DNA of 64,000 nt, taken from contig JAZDGT010000038.1 of NCBI GenBank assembly GCA_043806635.1, forward strand, positions 14,641 to 78,640, read 5' to 3'. Position 1 is the stretch's first letter, and every line of letters starts with the position of its first letter. The DNA comes from Methanobacteriota archaeon (GTDB lineage Archaea; Thermoplasmatota; E2; DHVEG-1). Positions 56,109 through 64,000 of the stretch are shown here, piece after piece. Position numbers and translations under genes: made by a program. A model generated the notes under the pieces. It made no database searches. It was given only the letters and a program-made list of their open reading frames with translations, and was not told the origin of the DNA.

Positions 56109-56761
56109 ACTCTCAGTTGATAATGAAGGAGCAATCCCGACCCTACTTTTGTTGTGTTCTTCAGGGTGAGCCGGATTAGTTCATGTTCAGTGGGTATCCC
56201 ATTTCCGTCCGCTAGAGTCGGTGTTTGCATTCCACCGATGATACATGATCCGATATAGACGTACAAGTCGTCCACGAGATGCTGACGGAGGAAATTCCAG
56301 ATTACTGTCCCGCCGCCCTCAACAAGGACTGTTCTGACTCCGTTACTAGCGAGAACATCTAATGCACACGGGAGGCTTATGTGTCCTTCATCATCGGCAT
56401 CGCAACTAATCACCTGGATGTGATCCCCCGTATATGGTTTCTCATTTCCTTTCACGGTGAGTATAAGCGTCTTCGCTGCTGTGTTGAGTACGAGTGCATC
56501 AGTAGGTGTCCGACACGAGCTATCAAGGACGACTCTGAGTGGTTGCTTCGGATGAGGCACAACGGATTCTTTCACGGTTAACTTCGGGTTATCAGTCAGA
56601 ATCGTCCCCACTCCAACCAGGACTGCATCACACGTATTCCGCAACTCATACATCCGTCTGATGTCTTCATCAGAGGAAATCCGGAGTTGCCTGCGTGATG
56701 GGAGCGCGATTTTTCCATCCACGGACATCGCACAATTAATAATAACCTTCGGTCGCCTCAT
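56105..56761 (-). CDS. 2,5-diamino-6-(ribosylamino)-4(3H)-pyrimidinone 5'-phosphate reductase (RibD C-terminal domain type)
   Basis: VIINCAMSVDGKIA opening, GVGTILTDNPKLT, LVEGGGTV. 218 aa. Confidence 0.8.
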   Translation of the reverse strand: MRRPKVIINCAMSVDGKIALPSRRQLRISSDEDIRRMYELRNTCDAVLVGVGTILTDNPKLTVKESVVPHPKQPLRVVLDSSCRTPTDALVLNTAAKTLILTVKGNEKPYTGDHIQVISCDADDEGHISLPCALDVLASNGVRTVLVEGGGTVIWNFLRQHLVDDLYVYIGSCIIGGMQTPTLADGNGIPTEHELIRLTLKNTTKVGSGLLLHYQLRV

Positions 56762-56770
56762 ACTTATTCC

Positions 56771-57433
56771 TTATTTTGGGTACAGTGGGCAGTCTTTTTT
56801 GTTCTCAGGACAAACTTTTTTGGTTTTACATGACGGACCAGCGTTCTTGAAAATGGTTGGAGCCACCTTCTTGACTTCCAGTAGCATCTTCTGAGCAAGC
56901 TGCCTGATCTCCCATTGCGCATGCAGACAACACCGCAATTCAAAGAAATTCAAGAGTGATCGTGCGTTCATCGTTACCATAATATTTGTACACGTTGCAT
57001 TCGGTAGCACATATCTCGAATCCTCAGCAGGAATTCCTAACGCTAATAACTTATTGTATTCCATCCAGATATGCGTCATCGTCTCTTCATACGCTTTTTT
57101 CATCCTCTTGTTTTTCGCGATCGTCGGAGGAATCACATAACTTGGTTTTTTCAGGTTCACGTACCGTTGACTCTGCTGAGAGTAACTCGCGATACGATGA
57201 CGCACCAGCTGATGCGTCAATGATCTGCTCACGTCACTGATAGCGAACGTGAAACATACGTGCTCCACCACGCTGGTGTGACCCAAACCTACCACCTGTT
57301 GGAGGATAGCTTGCAGCTCCTTATCACTCGTTTTTTCTAACTCCGCTGGCTTACTCGTTGTATGAGTGAGTTTAGCGGCCATTGCAGGAATCTTCTCCGG
57401 GTCAGGCGTGAACCCAATCAGTTTCACATTCAT
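56771..57433 (-). CDS. thyX: FAD-dependent thymidylate synthase
   Basis: ThyX signature RHRxxSxxxxSQRY is present as VRHRIASYSQQSQRY. 220 aa. Confidence 0.9.
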   Translation of the reverse strand: MNVKLIGFTPDPEKIPAMAAKLTHTTSKPAELEKTSDKELQAILQQVVGLGHTSVVEHVCFTFAISDVSRSLTHQLVRHRIASYSQQSQRYVNLKKPSYVIPPTIAKNKRMKKAYEETMTHIWMEYNKLLALGIPAEDSRYVLPNATCTNIMVTMNARSLLNFFELRCCLHAQWEIRQLAQKMLLEVKKVAPTIFKNAGPSCKTKKVCPENKKDCPLYPK

Positions 57434-57557
57434 GAATACAATCCCCCGTCACACAATGCTGACATGTTTTTATTCTTTTTTAATAAATACCATAAGCTTT
57501 TAAAAAACAATATGATTACCCTGCGTAATAAAATATCGTATAAGGGAGGACGAAAAA

Positions 57558-58082
57558 ATGATCGCATTTCTTATTACGACCATCCTGTGTTTCATCATCT
57601 ATCTCCTGTTCACGACGGGCAGTGGAACCGCGGTGATGGGACTATGGAGCTATGAAGAACTCGCTCTTGGAGTAATACTCTCGCTACTCATCGGGTTTAT
57701 CGCCCGGAAGATTTTTGTGAAACAAAACTATCGTATGTTGAACCCTGTGAGATGGTTCCTGTTCCTCGCTTATGTGATTGGTCCGTTTTTTTTTGCACTC
57801 GCGAAAGCCAACCTTGATGTCGCCTACAGAGTAATCACGGGGAAGATTCACCCTGGTATCGTCCGGATCTCCCCTGATCTAAAAACTGATCTGGGGATCA
57901 CGATGCTGGCGAACTCGATCACATTAACACCGGGTACCTTAAGCGTGGATATCGATGAAGAAACAAATGATTTGTATATTCATTGGATCAACGTTGATGA
58001 GAAAGCATTAGAGAACAAGCCGGTTGACTGTAAATATATTTGTGGGAATTTCCCGAAGTGGGTGAGGAGGATCGCGGAATGA
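57558..58082 (+). CDS. mnhE: Mrp/Mnh antiporter subunit E (MbhA-like)
   Basis: 174 aa with two N-terminal TM and the ITLTPGT motif of MnhE. First gene of a tightly overlapping operon. Confidence 0.8.
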   Translation: MIAFLITTILCFIIYLLFTTGSGTAVMGLWSYEELALGVILSLLIGFIARKIFVKQNYRMLNPVRWFLFLAYVIGPFFFALAKANLDVAYRVITGKIHPGIVRISPDLKTDLGITMLANSITLTPGTLSVDIDEETNDLYIHWINVDEKALENKPVDCKYICGNFPKWVRRIAE

Positions 58083-58347
58083 TCGACGTGTATACAACAT
58101 ATTTGATTGTGGTGATCGCACTTGGTTTATGCACCATTTTAGCGCTTCTACGGGTTTTCCTTGGACCGACTGCTCCTGATCGTGTTGTGGTGTTGATACG
58201 ATTAACACGATTGTGATCGTGGGTATGGTGGTGTTCGGTGCTGCGTTCAATGAAGTCATCTATATTGACGTCGCGATCGTATATGCGTTTCTGTCGTTTA
58301 TCTCCACGTTGTTTATCGCGAAATATCTTGAGGGAGGGGAGTTTTAA
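58079..58347 (+). pseudogene. mnhF: Mrp/Mnh subunit F (MbhB-like) with a 1-nt frameshift near 58195
   Basis: Absent from the track. ATG 58079 gives MIDVYTTYLIVVIALGLCTILALLRVFLGPTAPDRVVVL, then a stop at 58214-58216. The next frame continues TINTIVIVGMVVFGAAFNEVIYIDVAIVYAFLSFISTLFIAKYLEGGEF to a stop at 58345-58347. The MnhF consensus ..DRVVALDTINT.. implies one missing G (TTGGAT -> TTGAT). Confidence 0.75.
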
Positions 58348-58348
58348 G

Positions 58349-58783
58349 ATGGTGCTTGCACAAGTGTTTGATGCGGTAATTTACCTGTTACTTGGTATCG
58401 GGGTTTTCTTCAACCTTTTAGCAGGAATCGGACTCTTACGATTCCCTGACGTGTATACGAGGTTGCATGCGGGGACGAAATGTACCACGTTTGGCTCTAT
58501 CTTCATTATCGGTTCAGTGATACTTATCGGATTAAAAAATTGGGTATGGTGGCCGTATAATGTGAATGGATCAGTCCTTGCAATCCACTCAGCTATCGCG
58601 TTAGTCGCGATTCTCTTGACGAACCCGGTAGGTGCGCATGCGATCGCTCGTGCTGCGCATCGAAGCGGGGTGATGCCTGCGCAGGCGGTCGTAGATGATT
58701 TGAAACAGACGCCGCCGAATAAACGGGGTAGAAAGAAAACCAATAATACGAAAAAAATTATGGAAAACGAGGGAGGGCCATAA
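58349..58783 (+). CDS. mnhG: Mrp/Mnh subunit G (MbhC-like)
   Basis: MVLAQVFDAVIYLLLGIGVFFNLLAGIGLLRFPDVYTRLHAGTK matches the PhaG/MnhG signature. Basic C-terminal tail. The track start at 58238 is a run-on. Confidence 0.85.
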   Translation: MVLAQVFDAVIYLLLGIGVFFNLLAGIGLLRFPDVYTRLHAGTKCTTFGSIFIIGSVILIGLKNWVWWPYNVNGSVLAIHSAIALVAILLTNPVGAHAIARAAHRSGVMPAQAVVDDLKQTPPNKRGRKKTNNTKKIMENEGGP

Positions 58784-58784
58784 A

Positions 58785-59036
58785 ATGCTTATTGAACTTG
58801 CGAATAGCATCATACTCATCCTCATGGTTGTTGCTGCCGTGTTCGCCGTGTTCTTAAAAGATCTTCTTGCTGCAGCTGTTGCATTAGCGGCGATGAGTCT
58901 GCTGTTATCCCTTGAGTTTTATCTTTTACAAGCCCCTGATGTGGCGATCGCGCAGGCTGGTGTGGGTGCGTGTCTATCTACCGCGATTCTTATCATTGCG
59001 ATAAAAGCGACGAAGCGTATGGAGGATGAGAAATAA
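58785..59036 (+). CDS. MbhD-like (DUF4040) membrane subunit
   Basis: 83 aa, 3 TM, with the APDVAIAQAGVGA motif typical of the MrpA C-terminal/MbhD family. Confidence 0.7.
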   Translation: MLIELANSIILILMVVAAVFAVFLKDLLAAAVALAAMSLLLSLEFYLLQAPDVAIAQAGVGACLSTAILIIAIKATKRMEDEK

Positions 59037-59309
59037 ATGGAGAAGCGGGATATGGTTGCGGCTCTCTTTTTCACGGTTGTTGCCGTTTTTTTTGTGTTCA
59101 GTATGCTTCTGATTCATCCGTTTGGTGACCCGGGAAGCCCTGCTATGGATGATTATATTATTCTGCATACTCAGGGTGAAGCAGGAACGAACAACGGGGT
59201 TACCTCTGTCGTGTTTGATTATCGAGGTTTTGATACACTTGGTGAAGCAACGATCCTGTTTACTGCTGTTGCTGGTGTGATCATGATCTTTCGGAGGGTG
59301 AAACCATGA
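59037..59309 (+). CDS. MbhE-like small membrane subunit (MnhB-related)
   Basis: 90 aa with the [23 protein letters not shown] motif. Confidence 0.7.
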   Translation: MEKRDMVAALFFTVVAVFFVFSMLLIHPFGDPGSPAMDDYIILHTQGEAGTNNGVTSVVFDYRGFDTLGEATILFTAVAGVIMIFRRVKP

Positions 59310-59779
59310 CCGAGATGTCAAAGATTGTGCGGACGGTTACGAACATGATTTTCCCGTTGATTATGATATTCGGGTTGTATGTGATCGCCCATGGACATCT
59401 GACTCCTGGTGGTGGGTTTCAGGGTGGCGCTGTTGCTGCCTCAGGGTTGGCTCTCTTGCTTGTTGCCTATGGATCCCCCTGGGTTTTTGAGAGGATTAAA
59501 GAGAAACATCTTTCGATGTTCGAAAGCATTGGTGCGGTATGGTTTATCGTGGTTGCGTTGCTTGGTCTAGCCTTTGGAAGTGTTTTTTTCCTGAATTTCC
59601 TAGTTGGAACACCCGTGTTTGGTAACATACCTCAGTTTGGTGCCACAGTTGCTGATCTGAACACAGGTGGTGTGTTGCCATTAATGAATTTCGCGGTGGG
59701 GTTGAAGGTGATTGCTGGGTTGTTTGTGGTTGTCCTGGTGATGGCGTTCGCTAGTAATTGGAAGGAGGGGAAACCATGA
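59306..59779 (+). CDS. mnhB: Mrp/Mnh subunit B (MbhF-like)
   Basis: [15 protein letters not shown] motif. 157 aa, 4 TM. Confidence 0.85.
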   Translation: MTEMSKIVRTVTNMIFPLIMIFGLYVIAHGHLTPGGGFQGGAVAASGLALLLVAYGSPWVFERIKEKHLSMFESIGAVWFIVVALLGLAFGSVFFLNFLVGTPVFGNIPQFGATVADLNTGGVLPLMNFAVGLKVIAGLFVVVLVMAFASNWKEGKP

Positions 59780-60135
59780 TTCTGAATCTGCCGTTTCTTA
59801 TTGTTGTTGCGACGATATGTATTGGGTTGTTCGCTGTTCTTTTTAAGAGGAATCTGATTAAGCTCGTGATTGGGATCTCGATTATTGAGAATGGGGTGAA
59901 CCTCTTTTTGATCACCTTGGGGTATCGTGAGGGTGGTGTTGCACCGATTTACACGAGTTTCCCGTCTGAGGTAACATCTGCTGGGCAGATGGTGTTACCG
60001 GTGCCTCAGGCGTTGACCCTGACTAGTATCGTGATTGGTGTGGCGGTGCTTGCGTTGATGTTGTCGTTAGTGATGTATATTTATCGTCATTATGGAACTT
60101 TGGATGTTCGGAAGATGAGGAGGTTGAAGGAATGA
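59776..60135 (+). CDS. mnhC: Mrp/Mnh subunit C (NuoK-like, MbhG-like)
   Basis: Start [10 protein letters not shown] is preceded by GGAGGGG. 119 aa, 3 TM, IIENGVNLFLI motif. ATGA overlap with mnhB. Confidence 0.85.
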   Translation: MILNLPFLIVVATICIGLFAVLFKRNLIKLVIGISIIENGVNLFLITLGYREGGVAPIYTSFPSEVTSAGQMVLPVPQALTLTSIVIGVAVLALMLSLVMYIYRHYGTLDVRKMRRLKE

Positions 60136-61724
60136 ACGCGCCAGATTATGTGATTCCCTTGATTGTGGCGACGCCGCTTCTTGGTGCGTTTCTCACGCCC
60201 TTGGTGAGTCGGCTGGGGGAGAAAATCCGGCAGGTTTTCGTCCTTGTCATCCTTGGTATCACTGGAGTTTTTATAGGTTTGTTGGGGTCTGATGTGTTCA
60301 CGTCTGGTGTTCCTCGGACCTATATTTTTGGTGCAAAAAATCTTAGTCTTCCTGTTGTCCGTATCTTGTTTGAAGTCGACAGTATGAGTCTGTTCATGGC
60401 TCTGGTGAGCTTCGTTTTAGTGTTGGTGGCAGTAATCTATTCTTGGTCGTTTATGAAGGAGCATGATGGACTGGATAAGTATTACACACTGCTGTTATTG
60501 TTATTTACTGCGATGCTGGGTATGGAGCTTACTGGTGATTTGTTCAACTTCTTCGTCTTCTTAGAAATCACGTGTATTTCTTCTGCTGCATTGATCGCGT
60601 TTTGGGTGTACAAACCAGAGGCGGTTGAGGCTGCGTTTAAGTATATCGTGGTTAGCGCGATTGGTGCGTTGTTTATTCTGTTCGCAATCGGGTTGTTGTA
60701 CGCGCAATATAATGCGTTGAATATTGGTGTGATCGGTAGCTTGTTACAGTTCACGTTTTTAGACAAGATAGCGTTGGTATTGTTCCTTGTTGTTCTGACG
60801 ATGAAAGCAGGGTTAGTCCCGATGCATATGTGGTTACCGGATTCGTATGGGCAGGCACCGCATGCGGCGACTCTGGTGATTATTGGTGCGACCCAGGCGA
60901 GCCTATATGGGCTGTTACGGATCTGTTTCACCCTTTATGGGAACGTGTTCAACGAGATATCCCCTGTCTCCTCAATGGTTTTCGGGGGGCTCATCACTGG
61001 GTTAGCACTCCTCGCGATATTCGTTGGGGTGATCATGGCGTTGATGCAGACTGATTTCACCCGGTTGATTGCGTATGCTGCGGTTGCTGAGGTCGGATAT
61101 ATTCTCCTAGGTATCGGTGTTCGTTTATCGTCTGTGCAGATCAGCTTCGATGCTCTTGGCCTAGGTCACGTAGTCACGTATCCAGCGTATGGGGTGACCG
61201 CGTTACAAGGAAGTGTTTTTCATATCTTCAATGATGTCTTAGATATCGGTCTGTTGTTTTTGGTCGCTGGTGCCGTGTATTATGCGACGAAAGAACGTTC
61301 TTTGGATAACCTCGCCGGGTTATCTCGACAGATGAAATATACGACCGTGTTTTTCATCATCGGTTTTCTTGCGATCTCAGGGATGCCGCCGATGAACGGT
61401 TTCGCCTCTAAACTCATGCTGTATGAGTCAACGTTCCAGTTGAACCCGATCCTGGGTATCGTCGCAATCCTCTGCAGTATCCTGCTTCTTGCCGTGTTCG
61501 TGAAAGTCTTTTATTCCGTATTCCTCGGGCCACAGCTTCCACACATGATTGAGGTGAAAGAAGTCCCCCGGAGTATGTTGATTGCGATGGCGATCATCGC
61601 AGGACTCATCATCTTCATCGGGTTGTTCCCAGATCTCATATTACAGAATCTTGTACAACCCGCAACACAGGCGCTCTTTGGGTATAAAACGTATTTCTCA
61701 CAAGTTATCATGGGGGGAATCTAA
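60132..61724 (+). CDS. mnhD: Mrp/Mnh subunit D, antiporter-like (NuoM/N family, MbhH-like)
   Basis: 530 aa with about 14 TM. Proton-antiporter motifs (KAGLVPMHMWLPD, GMPPMNGF). It is the only large antiporter-like subunit in the operon. Confidence 0.85.
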   Translation: MNAPDYVIPLIVATPLLGAFLTPLVSRLGEKIRQVFVLVILGITGVFIGLLGSDVFTSGVPRTYIFGAKNLSLPVVRILFEVDSMSLFMALVSFVLVLVAVIYSWSFMKEHDGLDKYYTLLLLLFTAMLGMELTGDLFNFFVFLEITCISSAALIAFWVYKPEAVEAAFKYIVVSAIGALFILFAIGLLYAQYNALNIGVIGSLLQFTFLDKIALVLFLVVLTMKAGLVPMHMWLPDSYGQAPHAATLVIIGATQASLYGLLRICFTLYGNVFNEISPVSSMVFGGLITGLALLAIFVGVIMALMQTDFTRLIAYAAVAEVGYILLGIGVRLSSVQISFDALGLGHVVTYPAYGVTALQGSVFHIFNDVLDIGLLFLVAGAVYYATKERSLDNLAGLSRQMKYTTVFFIIGFLAISGMPPMNGFASKLMLYESTFQLNPILGIVAILCSILLLAVFVKVFYSVFLGPQLPHMIEVKEVPRSMLIAMAIIAGLIIFIGLFPDLILQNLVQPATQALFGYKTYFSQVIMGGI

Positions 61725-61726
61725 GC

Positions 61727-62062
61727 ATGTTCACGATTGATACCGGTGCAGGGTATTGGACCCCGCTTATCTGGTGCCTCATCCTTGTCATTACGTTTCT
61801 GCTCATCTACATCCTGAGAGGGTTCGGACGGAAAGACTACAAAAAAGATACGGATCAAGTGAAATCATTCCTCTCAGGGAACATCGAGGCTCCATCGGAG
61901 CAGCATATCAAAGCGAGCAATCTCTACTGGGGGTTCACAACAAGCCTGAAATGGTTATTCGGACTTTTACGACGGATGCATACGGGGAACGCGAGTGATT
62001 ACGTCCTCTGGTTCATTATTATCCTTGCGTTGTTCTTCATCGTGGGGATGGTGGTGATCTAA
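61727..62062 (+). CDS. Small membrane subunit, MbhI-like (assignment tentative)
   Basis: 111 aa with TM helices at both ends and an amphipathic middle. Its position between the MbhH-like and MbhM-like genes matches Mbh/Mbx gene order. Confidence 0.5.
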   Translation: MFTIDTGAGYWTPLIWCLILVITFLLIYILRGFGRKDYKKDTDQVKSFLSGNIEAPSEQHIKASNLYWGFTTSLKWLFGLLRRMHTGNASDYVLWFIIILALFFIVGMVVI

Positions 62063-62063
62063 G

Positions 62064-63164
62064 ATGGATATCCAAGCAATCGTTGAACTCGTCTTCCTAC
62101 GAATCATCCTTGGAGGGCTCTTCCTCACCGGTTTCGGTATCTTCTTCGGGTTACTCTTCAAAGGGATTGATCGGAAAATCGCTGCACACATGCAAGGCCG
62201 GATTGGGCCACCCATCACCCAGCCTTTCAGGGATGTTAAAAAACTGTTCGTGAAAGAAAACATCATCCCCGAGCAGGCGATACCCTGGATCTTCAACCTC
62301 GCCCCACTCATCGGGTTAATCGCCACCATCTCAATACTCCTATATCTACCGATTCTCCCATTCGGCGCACAAGGAGCATTTAGCCCGATTCTCCCAGCCT
62401 GGGGTGGAGACCTAATACTCATACTCTATCTCCTCATTATTCCCTCCCTTGCGATGGTCATCGGCGGGTTCTCCTCAGGCTCCCCTTACGCAGTCGTTGG
62501 TGCACAACGAGAGATGGCGACCATGATCGCGTATGAGTTCCCCCTCGCCATCATCATTATTAGTATCGCATGGAAACTCCTCCAAACCAACCTCGGTGGA
62601 CCAGTGTTCACATTCTCCTTACTTACCTCAACACCCGTCTGGAATCTCGCAGGCCCGTTTGGGTTCATCGGATTCATTGTCCTCCTGCTCGCACTCATCC
62701 TCGTCACCCCTGCAGAGTTATCAAAGATCCCATTCGATTCCCCAGAAGCAGAAACCGAGATTGCTGGAGGCTTACTCGTTGAATACTCCGGGCGGAACCT
62801 CGCTATGTTCTACCTCACCGATGGTGTGAAGACTGTGGTAATGGCATCACTGATTGTCGCGTTGTTTTTCCCGTATAATTTGACGCAAGCAGGGTTACTC
62901 CATGGGTTGGTAGGTACATTGCCTGGGTATGCTTTAGATATCCTGTTCTTCTTCCTGAAAGTATTCCTGATTATCTTGTTCTCCGTCACCCTGATACGCG
63001 TAGCAATCGCGCGATTAAGGATTGACCAAATCGTCTACACTTACTGGATTCCCATCACCCTCATGGCATTGATCGGGTTAATCCTGATCATGTGGGATAC
63101 ATGGACGATGGCGCAGTTCGGCTGGTCCCCCGTCCTAGAAATGCTGAGAATTATCAAACCGTGA
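62064..63164 (+). CDS. NuoH/HycD/MbhM-family membrane subunit
   Basis: GIDRKIAAHMQGRIGPPITQPFRDVKKLFVKENIIP matches the DRK..A..Q.R.GP....Q...D..KL..KE signature of complex-I subunit-H homologues. 366 aa, about 8 TM. Confidence 0.8.
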   Translation: MDIQAIVELVFLRIILGGLFLTGFGIFFGLLFKGIDRKIAAHMQGRIGPPITQPFRDVKKLFVKENIIPEQAIPWIFNLAPLIGLIATISILLYLPILPFGAQGAFSPILPAWGGDLILILYLLIIPSLAMVIGGFSSGSPYAVVGAQREMATMIAYEFPLAIIIISIAWKLLQTNLGGPVFTFSLLTSTPVWNLAGPFGFIGFIVLLLALILVTPAELSKIPFDSPEAETEIAGGLLVEYSGRNLAMFYLTDGVKTVVMASLIVALFFPYNLTQAGLLHGLVGTLPGYALDILFFFLKVFLIILFSVTLIRVAIARLRIDQIVYTYWIPITLMALIGLILIMWDTWTMAQFGWSPVLEMLRIIKP

Positions 63165-63240
63165 ATATCCTAGCGTTACACCCCTTTTATCTATCACAAT
63201 ACTCTTAAACCATATCCCCAATTACGGGACGATTCTTCCT

Positions 63241-64000
63241 ATGGATACACAAAAAAAATCATCACAAATTAATGATACCACTATTGTCGGTGTCTTCTTC
63301 CTTATTCCCACCATCATGCTTCTATTCGGATATTTTGTCTTCCCCTATCCACAGCCTGAGCCAACAATACTCGTCACCTACTCCCTCTTATTCTTAGGCT
63401 TACTCCTCCTAGGTATCGGTTATCTCAAAAAAGATAACATAACCGCGAGTAAAAGTAAAATTGCAGGATGGGTTCTTTTTTCCTCATTCTGGGCGACCTA
63501 CCCCCATCATCTCTACTACTCTGAAGGCGGAGATATTTTTAACGCAGCAGTCTGCATCATCGGCGTTTACGTCTTATTCTACCTCGCCTACCAAGAATGG
63601 CTCTCCATACAAAAAAAAGAATACCCCGCCAGTCTCAACTGGATCGCAGGAGGAACGTTTCTTGCTGGAATCATCTACTTCACCATTGATATTGGCGTAT
63701 TTCCCCAACTGAAGACTACCCTCATTGAGATAGTGGCCTCTCATAGTACGATGGTGTTAAATCTTTTTAATTTACACGCTACCAATCAAGGATCGATTAT
63801 CAAGTACGCGGGGACAACGATCACTATCATTTTTGCATGTACCGCAATTCAATCGATGGTCCTCTTTGTCGGAATGATCGGAGCATTACACACGAACATG
63901 AAAAAAAAAAACTCATTGGTATCACCATCACGGTCATCCCGATTTATTTGCTCAACCTTATCCGTAACGCAGGGGTCATCTTTTTAGTTGGAGGAAATAT
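63241..64000 (+). pseudogene. Archaeosortase-family protein, frameshifted in an A11 run (63901-63911). The 3' end is beyond the window.
   Basis: Polytopic membrane protein with the catalytic-Cys context IIFACTAIQSM. After the poly-A run the annotated frame gives nonsense (NSLVSPSRSS...). The alternative frame reads LIGITITVIPIYLLNLIRNAGVIFLVGG, which holds the conserved Arg about 41 residues after the Cys, as in ArtA. Confidence 0.7.

Noticed and set aside
1-64000. CRISPR arrays, tRNA or rRNA genes, IS elements, prophage or integrase genes.
   Set aside because: I found no regularly spaced short direct repeats, no cloverleaf-like GC-rich segments in intergenic regions, and no transposase-, integrase- or capsid-like translations in the ORF track. 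Absence was judged by eye only.

Overview
This window is archaeal chromosome. RadB, both subunits of DNA polymerase D (PolD), MCM, Dph2, a Nob1-type nuclease, an archaeal 7S/SRP RNA and an archaeosortase point to a euryarchaeote-type organism. There are no rRNA or tRNA genes, no CRISPR array, and no integrase or transposase that I can see.

Gene content, left to right:
- ABC exporter, lipoprotein hydrolase operon, MFS transporter, SGNH hydrolase, SF1 helicase.
- hisS, nob1, signal peptidase, queC.
- An iscU-iscS-nadA cluster.
- mtaD, dph2, radB.
- Two tandem giant surface proteins of about 2600 aa each.
- mcm and the SRP RNA gene.
- A low-GC accessory islet: an MNT/HEPN toxin-antitoxin pair plus a tandem family of small secreted/membrane proteins.
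- PolD large subunit (DP2) and small subunit (DP1), then thyX.
- A 10-gene Mrp/Mbh-like membrane module ending in a NuoH-like subunit, then an archaeosortase gene.

Most unusual observations:
1. kb-scale blocks of extreme G/T-ending versus A/C-ending codon usage. The blocks ignore gene orientation and switch inside single genes (PolD DP2, the helicase).
2. A LAGLIDADG intein inserted at the cluster-ligand cysteine of IscU, in addition to the expected PolD DP2 intein.
3. A tandem, fast-turnover family of 8 intact small signal-peptide/TM genes plus 2-3 decayed copies.
4. Two giant adhesin-like paralogues. They share palindrome-bearing promoters and a C-terminal papain-fold-like module with Ser at the nucleophile position.
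5. An Mbh/Mbx-type membrane arm with no adjacent catalytic subunits.
6. Four otherwise well-conserved genes each broken by a single lesion: nadA (TAG), mnhF, HEPN and archaeosortase (frameshifts).

All calls rest on reading the sequence and translations and on recalled family motifs. No searches were run.
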